A DNA stretch of 64,000 nt from Felis catus (taxonomy: Eukaryota): contig NC_058368.1 of NCBI RefSeq assembly GCF_018350175.1, positions 207,826,001 through 207,890,000 on the forward strand, in the 5' to 3' direction. Numbering within the stretch: the first letter of the stretch is position 1; each line of letters starts with the position of its first letter. The translations under genes and the position numbers were made by a program. Positions 1 through 12,700 of the stretch are shown here, piece after piece. The notes beneath the pieces are model-generated. The model saw nothing but the letters and a program-made list of their open reading frames with translations. It was not told where the DNA came from and made no database searches.

Positions 1-130
1 TATATCTGCATTTTTCCGGCTAGCATCTTTGCTCTCTACTATATCTTTCAGGCATCTCACCATAAAATTATTTCACAAACTGTTCTTGATAACTAAGGTG
101 TTTTTTTGGTTGGTTTTTGTTTTTTTATTG

Positions 131-161
<31 letters not shown>

Positions 162-172
162 CGCATGTGTGT
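131..172. repeat. (GT)n/(GC)n microsatellite
   Basis: Seen directly. Confidence 0.95.
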
Positions 173-310
173 AATGTACCAAATATGTTTGTTCCTTGCC
201 ATTTACTATAGTGGTTTAAACACAAAACATATTCAAAATCTTGTATGATAAGCTATGACTAAGTAATTGTTTGGCTTCTTACTTTGTTGCTAATTTTATT
301 TTGGTCTTAG

Positions 311-446
311 GTTTGTGCGAAGACTACTTTACTTCTACAAGCCCAGCAGTAAATTATATGCCAACCTGGATCTGGATTTTGCCAAGTCTAAGCAGCTCAC
401 AGTTGTGGGTTGTCAATTTACAGAATTTCTTCTTGAGTCCGAAGAG
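311..446 (+). CDS. RICTOR: RICTOR exon ([45 protein letters not shown])
   Basis: ttag| acceptor, |gtaatg donor, 136 nt. Confidence 0.95.
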
Positions 447-3400
447 GTAATGAGCATTTTGAATATTATCCTGGGCAAATGTTTTTCATTGAATTAACCC
501 TCTTCCTTTTATTTCTGAGTATGCATAAGTTGTGTTTAGTAGCATACAGAATGAGCCCAGACCTAGATTTGAATCCTGACTTTGCCACTAGCTAGTTATG
601 TGACTCTGGACGAGTTACGTGCCTTCTAGAAAACCTGTTTTCTTACTTGTTAAGTGGAAGATAATATCATCTTCATCTTCATATAGCATTGTGAAATGAA
701 GAAGTACTCAGTGATTGGTATCTGTTGTTAGTAACTTCATCATTATCTCTAAATTTTTTGGACTTGATTACAGTTAATTTTTCTAATTATAAGCAAAAGT
801 GCTTTTCTAATAATAACACAATGTATTTTCTTTTAGGATGGGCAAGGATACTTAGAAGATCTAGTAAAGGATATTGTTCAGTGGCTCAATGCCTCATCTG
901 GAATGAAACCTGAACGAAGTCTTCAGAATAATGGTTTATTGACTACCCTTAGTCAACACTACTTTTTATTTATTGGAACACTTTCTTGCCACCCTCATGG
1001 AGTCAAAATGCTGGAAAAATGCAGTGTATTTCAGTGGTGAATATCCTTAGTTCTGTTTCAAAATATACCTGAACTTTATTTTTAATGTACTCAGAAATGG
1101 TATGCTTTTTATTCTGTGTACATGTATTTAGTAAGTTTTATTAAAATACAAAAAAAAAAAAAAATAGAGTTATCTTGCTGCTTTGTTATTCCTTTTTATG
1201 TGATATTTATCATTAAATGCTTTTTTGTAGAAATGCTTGTTTATATTTTCATCTTTTTTTTTTTTTTAGTCTCCTTAACCTCTGTTCCTTGAAAAATCAA
1301 GATCACTTGCTGAAACTGACTGTTTCTAGCTTGGATTATAGCAGAGATGGATTGGCAAGAGTCATCCTTTCCAAAATCCTTACTGCAGCTACTGATGTGA
1401 GTGTAACACAGGCAATAAAACTATTATTTTTATAATCAATTAATTCAATAACTCATAAATTTTAGCCAAGCAGAATTAGTTATTAATTCTAAGAATATGG
1501 GATGGAATTTGAGTTTACTTTAAAATAGTAGTTCCTTCAAGGAACTATGTGTAGTACCCATTTTTTTTCTATAAAGGGGAAGAAGCAGCTAGATTGAGAC
1601 AAAAGTATTTGATTTACTAGTCTAAAAAAATATATCAAGGACTAGACCATCAATTCCAATTTTCCTGCCATTTTCAAGTAGCAAAACTGCCAAACAAAGC
1701 CCAAATTGACGATCCATGGTTTGTTTTTTTTTAATTTATTTTTTTATTTTCATTTATCTTTGTAGGCCTGTAGGCTGTATGCAACAAAACATTTAAGAGT
1801 ATTATTGAGAGCTAATGTTGAATTCTTCAATAACTGGGGAATTGAATTACTAGTGACCCAGCTACACGATAAAAACAAAACAATTTCTTCTGAAGCTCTT
1901 GATATTCTGGATGAAGCATGTGAAGACAAGGTGAAGGTTCATTATTTTATAATAGAATACTTAGACATGAATTTTTATTCAATTATTTTAAATTAATTTT
2001 AATTATTAAAATATTCCATTTTAGTAGAAAATTATGTAAATTATAATGTACTTAACACAGGCGTTTTGGAAATGGAGAATTTACCATCTTTTGCAATTGT
2101 TAATTTGCCTAATACTTCTTTTAGGCCAATCTTCATGCTCTTATTCAGATGAAGCCAGCTTTATCTCACCTTGGGGACAAGGGTTTGCTTCTCCTCCTGA
2201 GGTAAATATTAAGTAAATTTTTCTTCTAGTTGTGTTTTTGTTGTATTCTCTCTAGCGGTATATTTTAAAGCTCAGTTCAAATCCAAACAGGAAGCACTCT
2301 AAAGAGTTTAGTATTAACTACTGAAAGAGGTCTATTTTAGAATCTTAGACATCCTTTAATACTGAAACTCTGTCTTTTCATTGTTTTCCTTAATGTTTCT
2401 TTTACATTTCTGGGTCTTCTCATGATTTTCATGACATTTTCTTTACTGTGATTGGATTCATATGTTTTACCAAGATTATGAAAATTTATTTTTATTTGAA
2501 ATTATAGTATAGTTGACCTTTTACTTTCAGGAAGGAGCTATTCCTAAAGTCTTTTAGCTTCTTAAATATAGTATTGTTTAAGATATCTTAGCTCCTTTAA
2601 ACACTTGTAGTAAGACTTTGTGTTAAACTATTGCTTGTTTTAATTTACAGATTTCTTTCCATTCCAAAAGGATTTTCCTATCTGAATGAAAGGGGTTATG
2701 TAGCAAAACAGTTGGAAAAATGGCACAAGGTAACTCTCTGTTGAATAAGCTTTAATTGGTATGTTTTTATACTAGGAAATAGATTTATGAATTTAGAGGA
2801 TTTTTCATATCAGTGTTTTGAAACGAAAGAGGTCAAATACTTAAACATTCATATGAAGTCAGGTCTTAAATTCTGTATAATTACTTGTATTTATATTTAT
2901 CCATTTTTTTAAAGCTAGAGAGCAGTCATTTTATAGTGAGCTATTGATTTTGTGTACATTCTATTGAAATTTGTTTTTTGGTTTAATTGATACAATCTAC
3001 TGATATAAATCTTTTATTCTTATTCTTGGGTCCCTTAGATAATAGCCCTTTGAAGCTACGACTAAAACAGTTTTCCTAAATGAAGAAGAAAACAGTTCTA
3101 CCAAGCAGATATAATAATCTAAGTTAACTTCGTTTTAGGGTGCTACTTTTACATAATCTGAGAACAGACTTACTGCTGTTTTAGATAATGGGGAAACCTA
3201 GGAAGGAGGGAATAATTTGAAGTTATTAGAGAACTTACTAGCTTTTCTTTAGTTGGTTGTCACTGTGGTTGTTTTGTTTGAAGCATTATAAATTGTCAAA
3301 GCATCTTAGAATCCCATGGGTAATCAATCCAAATGTAATTAATTTTTAGATTTTTCATCATGTCAATCATTTACATTGTCTATATTGAACCATATTTCAC

Positions 3401-6400
3401 AAGAAGCTCTCATTTAAAAAACTCTATAATTATCAGAGCCTGGAGCCTGTTTCCGATTCTGTGTCTCCCTCTCTCTCTGCCCCTCCCCCGTTCATGCTCT
3501 GTCTCTCTCTGTCCCAAAAATAAACGTTGAAAAAAAAAAAAAAATTAAAAAAAAAAATTTTAAAAAACTCTATAATTATAAAACATACTTTAGGCATGAA
3601 GTCGTTAGTAATTGATGAATTGGAGAATTGAGGTAAGATATGATAGTTCTAGTTCATAAATAGAAGTTATTTAAACAAATTACCATAGTAAAATCGGTCA
3701 CCTTATTACACAAATTACAGTATTAGAAAATTGCTTAGCATATCTGGTACGGTACTTTCAAATAGTAGGTATAAAATATAACTGCAATCACAAAGGCATG
3801 TGCAGTGTATAAGGAAACACAAATGATTCTGCCTTAGGGATTAGAATTAGTGAAAGCAATGTTGGGTGGGCTCAGGAAAGCATATGATATTTGGAATGGT
3901 CTTGAGGAGGAGGTAGGTAGATAAGTAGGAAGAAGGGTATTCTAGGCTGAGGGAGCAGAATAGATCTATATAGATTATAGACACTTCAGATTTATGAAGC
4001 AAGCTATCTGTATTCCAGTGTAATTGGGGCTAGGATAAGTGTGGACTGGCAAGATGAGGCTGGAATGGTAAATTAGAACTAGATTATAGGCCTTACTAAC
4101 CACATTATGTCATATTAAGGTATTTCAGTTTTATTGGAAGTGGGGGGATTATTATAGGTGTTTAAAGACTAATCATAATCAGGCCTGTGCTTTAGAAACA
4201 TGACAGGTCGCAGGGTAGAGGCAGAAGTTTGATCATCAAAGGTAAAGCCTAGAAATATTGAGACCAGTTTAGAAGCAAGAATTGGTAAGAATGTGAACTC
4301 CAGTAGTGCTGAGATTGGATAGGCAGGGTATATTTTCTGAGCATTTTTGAAATAAGATGGGTAGGATTTGTTGACTGATTGTATATAATGAATAAAGAGT
4401 CCATCTGACTCTTAAAAGTTTCTGATTTCAATGACTGAGCATGCAGTGGATCACCATTAAGAGATTGTGATTACAGAAGTGGCTTGCAGGGTGAGGATAA
4501 TGAATTTTGAATATGTTGAATTGGTATTGCTCTGTGGAATGACCAAGTTATGGTATCCAGAAAACGTTTGGAATTGGGGATCAAGAACTCAGATATGTGC
4601 TGAAGATGACAATTTGGGAGTCTTCTGAAATCTGAAATGAGTGAGATCACCAGGGAAAATGTAAAGAGTAAAAAAAGAAAGAAAAGTGGAAATTGCTCCC
4701 TAGCGAACACTGTTTTAATGAGGGGAATAGAAGGACAAAGACACTGAGAAAACTGTCATAGAGAATGTTGTCACTAACGGATGCTTCAGGAAGGAGGCCG
4801 GTGATACATATTTGTTAAAGAGGTCGCATAAGATGAATAGTAGAAAATAGGCTGTTGAATTTGACAGTTAGGTCATTGGTGAATTTCGCTAGAACATTTT
4901 CATTAGAAAATTACAAACACATCCTGAATTGCAATTACAGTTCATTAGGCAGTAAATGGGCGATGTAAAAATAAAGACAACATAGTCCTCTCAAATTAAT
5001 TAAGAGAGAAAGAGAAGAAAACTAACTTACTGATTGCCTACCATTGAGCTTAGTGCTTTTCAGATATTACCTCCTTTAATCCTTGCTTTAATCACAGCAA
5101 CCCTGTGAAATATATTTTCTTATTTCTGTTTTGTGAATGAAAATTTGGAGGCTAAGAAGAGTAAATTTTATCCCAGAGGAGTAGTTTATCCCAGGTCACA
5201 GAGCATGAAAATAGCAGAGCAGTGATACTTTTTGATTCCAAACCCATACTCTTTTCCACTATTTTTGGTTTCCTCCCAGTAGCTTATGGCATGCCAACAT
5301 GAACTAAGTCTGTCTCTTTTTCAAAGTAATCAAACATCCAGGACAGTATAATATTAAAAATTCATTCAGTTTAATTTTTTTTAATGTTTATTTTTGAGAG
5401 AGAGAGAGAGAGAGAGAGCACAAGCAGGGGAGGGGCAGAGGGAGGGGGAGACACAGAATCCAAAGAAGCAGGCTCCAGGCTCTGAGCTGTCAGCACAGAA
5501 CCCGACATGGGACGCGAATCCATGAACCATGAGATCGTGACCTGAGCCAAAGTCGGATGCTTAACCAACTAAGCCATGAGCCACCCCGATGCCCCCAAAA
5601 TTCTTTCAGTTTAAAACTTCTCCCTAACACCCAGACCTAATACAGACTTAGAAATCTACAGTAGAGGGAGGATCTGGTTAATCTCATCACTCTGTGTGCT
5701 CCTCTCCGGTTTGGGCCTCTTCACCTTTGGAGCAGGAGGAGGAAGAAGGTTGCATGGGGCCAAGAACAGACTTACTCAGTTGGTACAGTTATCTGGGGTA
5801 TTTAGCTTTGAGTGTGACAGATTTCAAATGTTAGTTCTTTTACTTGAGAGTTACTTTCTTGAATTTCTCCAAGACCTCTCCACTATGGATCTCTCCTTTG
5901 CAGTTCCCTTGAGTAGGGCAGTAGGCTCCTCTGGCAGCCTACTTCTGTTGCCTCCTAGTAGCTAGAGGTCCACCCCTCAGTTGGGGTTTTCTTGCCCTCC
6001 AGATAGGTCCTTTTGGACAGAATCCTCAAGATGACCCACATCAGAAATTCAGTGCGTTTCACAGCTATAAACCATACCCCTGACCTTTGCTAGTGTTTTC
6101 CAAATGAGTGCCCTGGTCAAAAGATTAACCACATGAATATAACTACTCCTGCATAAAGCTCAGAATAGCTGCCTTAAGTAGACTTTTTTGCACTGAGATT
6201 TTCATATATACAGGGGAGCATGATAAGAGTATAGTGGTAATAGTAGCAGTAATAATAATGATGGTGTTCTATAATGGTATGGTATAATCAAAACCTTGTA
6301 TTACTGTTACAAAATAAATATGGAACCTAAGGAAAAACATAAAAACAAAGTTTTTAGAGGCTGTAAGTAGAGAGTGAAGGTAGTAACTCACCAAATTCAA

Positions 6401-6707
6401 GTTGTCTAAAATGGTTTTGAATGAAAAATATCTCCCTGTGCCCTTATTCTGTCATTTCTGAAGGTAATATCTGTCACCAGTTTGTGTGCATTCAGAGATG
6501 TTCTGTACATTTATAAGTACATATTCTTTATTTAAAAAATACAAATGAATGGTGCCTGGGTGATTCAGCTGGTTAAGTGTCTGACTCTTGGTTTCAGTTT
6601 AGGTCACGATCTCACAGTTTTGTGGGTTTGAGCCCTATGTCAGGCTCTGCACTGACAGTGCGGAGCCTGCTTGGGCTTCTTCCTACCTACCTACTTACCT
6701 ACCTACC

Positions 6708-6764
<57 letters not shown>

Positions 6765-9700
6765 CATTCCCCTACTTGCACTGTCTCTGTCTCAAAATAA
6801 ATAAACCTTAACATTTTTAAATTAAAAATACAAATGAATTCTATTTACAAGTATAGATAAAGCTATTTAAGTTTTCCCTTAGCAGTATATCTGCCATCTT
6901 TTCAGAGCTACACATGTAAATCTAGCTCATTTTTTTTTTTAATGTTTATTTATATTTGAGAGAGAGAGAGAAAGAGGGAGACAGAATCTGAAGCAGGCTC
7001 CAGGCTTCGAGCCATCAGCACAGAGCTCAACCCAGGGCTTGAACTCACGAGCCATGAGATCATGACCTGAGCTGAAGTTAGACACTTAACCAACTGAGCC
7101 ATCCAGGTGCCCCTAGCTCATTCTTTTTAATGGCTCCATAGTGCTTTCTGTGAATGTACCTTGATAACCACTCCTGTATTGACATTGTTTCCAATGTTTT
7201 TTGTTTTGTAAACAGTGTTGGATATTTTTGCATATATCTTTGCATACTTGTACAAGTATTATCTATAGGATAGACTTTTTTTATTAATTTATTTTGAGTG
7301 AGAGTACACATGCATGGGGGGGGGGAGGAGGAAGGGGGGTGGAGAGAGAGAATCCCAAGTAGTCTCCACGGTATCAGCACAGAGCCCTACACAGGGTTCA
7401 GTCTCATGAACCGTGAGATCATGACTTGAGCCAAAATCAAGAGTCAGATGCTTAACTGACTGAGCCACCGAGGTGCCCCTTTAAGATACATTTCTGAAAG
7501 TATAGTTGTTGAGTCAAAAGTATGTGAATTAAAATTTGTGGTACATACTGCCAAATTGCCTTCCAGAGAGGTCCTACCCATTCCTTCTAACCAGTTTAAA
7601 GTGATCTCTTGAAATAAAGATGCAAGTGACTGACTCTCAGTTTAAAGAAGTTAACTAGAAGTTTTCCAAGTTTTAGTTGGAAAAATTTATACATTTGACT
7701 TGATTTAAATCAGTGGGGAAAGGGATATGTTTTACCAAAAGGCACTAAATTAATGGTTTAATTTCCCTTTTTAAATTTCTAGTGAATACCTTCAGGGTTT
7801 AATATTAAGAGGCTAGTTTTTTGTTTATTCATATTTAATGGGGAAAGTAATTTAAATAAGATAAAAAACAAAATTATTAACTTACCTATATGGATTCTAA
7901 AATATTAATTGCAGATGGGGATAAAAGTATAAGCAGAGGGCACCTGGGTGGCTCAGTCAGTTAAGCATCCAACTCTTGATTTCAGCTCAGGTCATGATCT
8001 CAGCATCATGAGATTGAGCCCCATTTGGGCTCTGAGCTGCCAGTATGGAGGCTGGTTGGGATCCTCTCACTCCGTCTCTCTCGCTTCCCCTGCTTACTCA
8101 CTCACTCACTCTCTCTCTCTCAAAATAAATAGACTGAAAAAAAAAAGTATAAGCAGAAAGCTTTGGGGTATGGTAGAACATTTGCATTCATAATACTTGG
8201 TTTTACCCTTTTTAAAATTTCTTAAATTTCCTGAACAGATGTTCATTTTTCTCATATTTATGCTTCCAAGATTTGCTAGGTACCTAACATTATGAATGTA
8301 GTGAATGTTGTTATGATACTATATACAACTAAAACAATATCTTCTAGGAATATAATTCAAAATATGTTGACTTGATTGAAGAACAACTTAATGAAGCACT
8401 TACTACTTACCGAAAGCCAGTTGATGGTGATAACTATGTTCGTCGAAGTAACCAAAGGTACAGACTACTTCATGGAATAATTTATTGCTGGTCCTCAAAA
8501 AAAAAAAAAAAAAAAATTAAAGCCAGTTTGTAATAACTCTCTATTGTTTAAAGTGTTCTGAGTACTTGGATATTTTACTTCCTGCACTGACATAAAAAAA
8601 TCTTACAGCATGGCATTGATGGCTGAAAAATTCCTGTGTCACTCTTAACGTGCTGAATACCTTACTGATCTAATTCATATACCCTTCATGCTCTTACCCT
8701 AGTCTGTTAGTTTGAGGCCAGCTAAACTTAATTTTCTAGAGAAATCCTCATGCTCCTCCACCTTCATATTTTTTTGTATGCCGAGAAATTATATCTTTAT
8801 CTAGTGCGTTAGTAGTAGTACTAATAAAGTATTAGTACTTTAAAGTAGTGCTTTGTTAAAGTATCTAGTACTTTATTAGTAGTTCTTGTTTTAATTAGCA
8901 TATTGTAAGTGAGCCGACAGGCATATCAATATTCTTTGTTATACTAGATTACAGCGTCCTCATGTCTACCTGCCTGTACACCTGTATGGACAACTGGTAC
9001 ACCACAAAACAGGCTGTCATTTGTTGGAAGTACAGGTAAAAACATAATTTAATCATTTGAAATAGCTACAGTGGTAGGAAACAATCTTAATATTGCTGAA
9101 GTAGTATCTTTGCAAAAACTTCTCAAAAGCCTTAAAGTTAGTGGCATAATTGCTTTTAAAGCCATCTGTCTTATAACTGATGTAGGCATTCTGTGTTTGT
9201 AATCCTTAGACATATTACTGCCTTGCATGCCTTTCCTTTCCCGGAGGTAGGTGTTACCTTTTGCATAGCAAATTGGTTACATAGAGTAAGTAACCCACTG
9301 AAAGTCTGAGTTTCGTCCTTTACAGTTGGGGAAGTTTCTCTCTTCAGCAAAAACATACTGAAAAAGTGAATTTTGTCATTCTTGTTGGGAAGTTAAACTG
9401 AACCTGATACAGATTTAGTTATCTTTGGTGAGCAGCAGACTGGAAGTATCAGTTCCTGTCTGTACTTCCCTGTTCCCCTGTACTTCATGAAATGTAACCG
9501 GATTAGTCAAGCAGTTATTCTTTCATGCTTAGCGCACCAAGTTTATGGCTGTGAATATGTCTTGCTACTAGGTGTTTTCAATAAATGTAACCTTTTACTT
9601 ATTTTAGAAATAGATCTATAAGTATTTGCCTGTGTGTCTTCTGAACAATAGTAATCTAGCAGTTTATGTTCATTTTTGTATTTGTGTTCATCTCAGGAGC

Positions 9701-12700
9701 AAGTTTTGCATAAATATACTCTGTAGTGTCCTATTTTTATATTATGTCTATGAAGACTTCTGGGGCACATATCTTTATATTAGTGTTTTTAATTCACGAA
9801 TATTATTTTCTATTTTAAAAAATGATAATTATGGCTAACATTTTTATAATACTAGATACCAAATACTTTGTTAAGCACTTTATATGTGATAATTAAGTCA
9901 TTAAGCCTTATGAGACAGATCTCTATTTTAGAGATTAGGAAATAAGGCATTGGGAGGTTAGATAACTTGCTCAAAGCCACATAGCTAGTAAGTGCTAACT
10001 CTAGAATATGAACTCAGAGCCCCTGTACTAATGCTGCTTAAGAAATTTTGCATAAAATTATTTTAGAATTTTAAATATACAAAAGTTACTAAATGCAAAC
10101 CTTAAATGATAGGTTTTAAGATGCAGTAAGAAAATACATTAAAAACATATTGTTACTCCTATGTTTTTTTCTTTCTTTCTCCAGAATATTATTACTGAAC
10201 TCTGTCATAATGTTCGTACACCAGATTTGGATAAGTGGGAAGAAATTAAAAAACTGAAAGCATCTCTTTGGGCCTTGGTTTGTAATAAACACTTCTATAA
10301 GATCTTCATCATTTTAAGATATTTCTAATTTTCCCATTAATAATAATAAAAAAAATCATTTGATTTGGAACTTGTTCTGAGATTAATGTTCTAAGACCCA
10401 GATTGTTTCTGCCCATTTTAAATATTTTTAGGCTGGAAGATAAATGATTAAACTATTAGTTTTCTTGCTGAGACAAATGGAACACTGATTTCTGAAGTTT
10501 CTTATTTGAGGATTTTTTTCACATTTTTTTTCCAAGATGGGGTTAATTTTTTGTTTTCAGTAGCTTTCCAAATTTCTTGAAAGAGTTACTCTTCTAAATC
10601 GATTTGATATAAGTGACTTCTTTTCTTTCAGGGAAACATTGGCTCGTCAAATTGGGGTCTCAATTTGCTACAGGAAGAAAATGTGATTCCAGATATACTA
10701 AAACTTGCAAAGCAGTGTGAGGTTCTTTCAGTCAGAGGGTATGTTATTTCATTCATAAATCTTTCTATTGTATATATGTATGTTATTGTTAACAAATGGC
10801 TGTGAGGGAAGACTATTTTATGATTTAGTCCATTAGAACTGTTAATTTACTGAAAGTCTTAATGATATAAGGTAAAAACAAAAAAAGTGTGGGGGAGGCA
10901 CCTGGCTGGCTCAGTCAGTAGAGCATGTGACTTTTGGTCTCAGGGTGATGAGTTTGAGCCCCACATCGGGAGTAGAGTTTACTTTAAAACAAAAAAAAAG
11001 ATTTCGGGGTGCCTGGGCGGCTCAGTTAAGCGTCTGACTTTGGCTCAGGTCATGATCTCGTGGTTCATGAGTTTGAGCCCCACGTCAGGCTCACTCCACA
11101 CCCCACCCCCCCACCTCTTCCCTACGTGCACTCTCTTTCAAAATAAATAAATAAATAAATAAACTTTAAAAATTTTTTTAAACAAAAAAAGATTTTTTTT
11201 AAATGCACTAACTTAAACATCTTAAGGAGCTCCTCCTTGTTTAATGTTATAATTCCATTTTTATTATTATAATGTTGAAGTTTAATAACTGGCAAATAAA
11301 CAGTGACAGTGTAGCATATGTTCAAATATTGCAGTAGTTCAGTAGCCCAAATGTTCTAGATTGATCCCAGAAAAGCTAGAATATGTCATTTTTTCCTAAG
11401 ATTACGTTACGTTCTTTCAAATTACTTCACTGAAATTACGATCTATATTAGAAAGGTTTTAGGGGGCTCCTGGGTGGCTCAGTCGGTTGAGCGTCTGACT
11501 TCGGCTCAGGTCATGATCTCACGGTTGGTGGGTTCTAGTCCCATGTCAGGCTCTGTGCTGACAGCTCAGAGCCTGGAGTCTGCTTATGATTGTGTGTCTC
11601 CCTCTCTCTCTGCTCCTCCCCCGCTCATGCTCACACTCTCTCTGTCTCTCTCTCAAAAGTAAATAAACATTAAAAAAGAAAGGTTTTCATGTCATTTACT
11701 GCTTCTAAGTTACTCCTAACTCATCTAAATACATTTTTTTCCACAATTTTTAATGACTTTAAAAAAATTCAAATGTACATATAGCAAACTAATATTTTTT
11801 GGTTGCTTTAAGAAATCTCAGTTTGGAAATCTAAACAGTTCATTACTACATCTTTTACATACAGGACCTGTGTATATGTGCTTGGCCTCATAGCCAAAAC
11901 CAAACAAGGCTGTGATATTCTGAAATGTCACAACTGGGATTCTGTAAGGCACAGTCGCAAACATCTGTGGCCAGTGGTTCCAGATGATGTAGAACAACTC
12001 TGTAATGAACTCTCATCTATCCCGAGCACTCTGAGTTTGAACTCTGAGTCAACCAGCTCTAGACATAATAGTGAAAGCGAATCTGCACCATCAAGTGAGT
12101 ATTGTTGACAAGCTTACATGAAGGTAGCTAAAATTAACATTTGCATCTGTAATGTCACAATTTAAATATATTTGTTATATTCCTAATTTACTTTTTTCTA
12201 AGATAATTTGGCACTAATGGGGTCTTGGAGAATATATTCTCTTCTCACAACAGAGAGGATAGCCACCAGCCTACATTGTTCTCTCTCTTTGCCTTCTAAA
12301 TAGCTTTTGGAAAATCCTACTTACAAAGTTAAAGAAATAAGCTGTGTGCCAGAAGAATCATTCTCGTTTTTGCTTATTCTAAAATCTAACAAGTAAATTA
12401 TTTATTCACTTACCTTCTTTACATGCTTTGTTCACTCATTTTTCAGATATAGAGATTATTGAACAAGCATGTATCTGTTCAGAGACATTATATTCACATG
12501 TTCATTTTTGAGAGAGGAGGTATATTTTAAACTAAATAGTGAAATTATTAAAAGATAGAGTGTCAAAATCAAAGAAAAAACGGTATGTGGTTTTAATCCC
12601 TGTGCTAAATGCTGTTAGGCATACAAAATTTAAGACGTTCTTTTTAAGAAAATACTGCAACATTTGTCAAACCACGGTTCACCAGGTCTAAGATTCTATG

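Noticed and set aside
11474..11662. Recurrent [17 protein letters not shown] ORFs and tRNA-like A/B boxes
   Set aside because: Translations and heads of tRNA-derived CAN-SINEs, not genes or tRNAs
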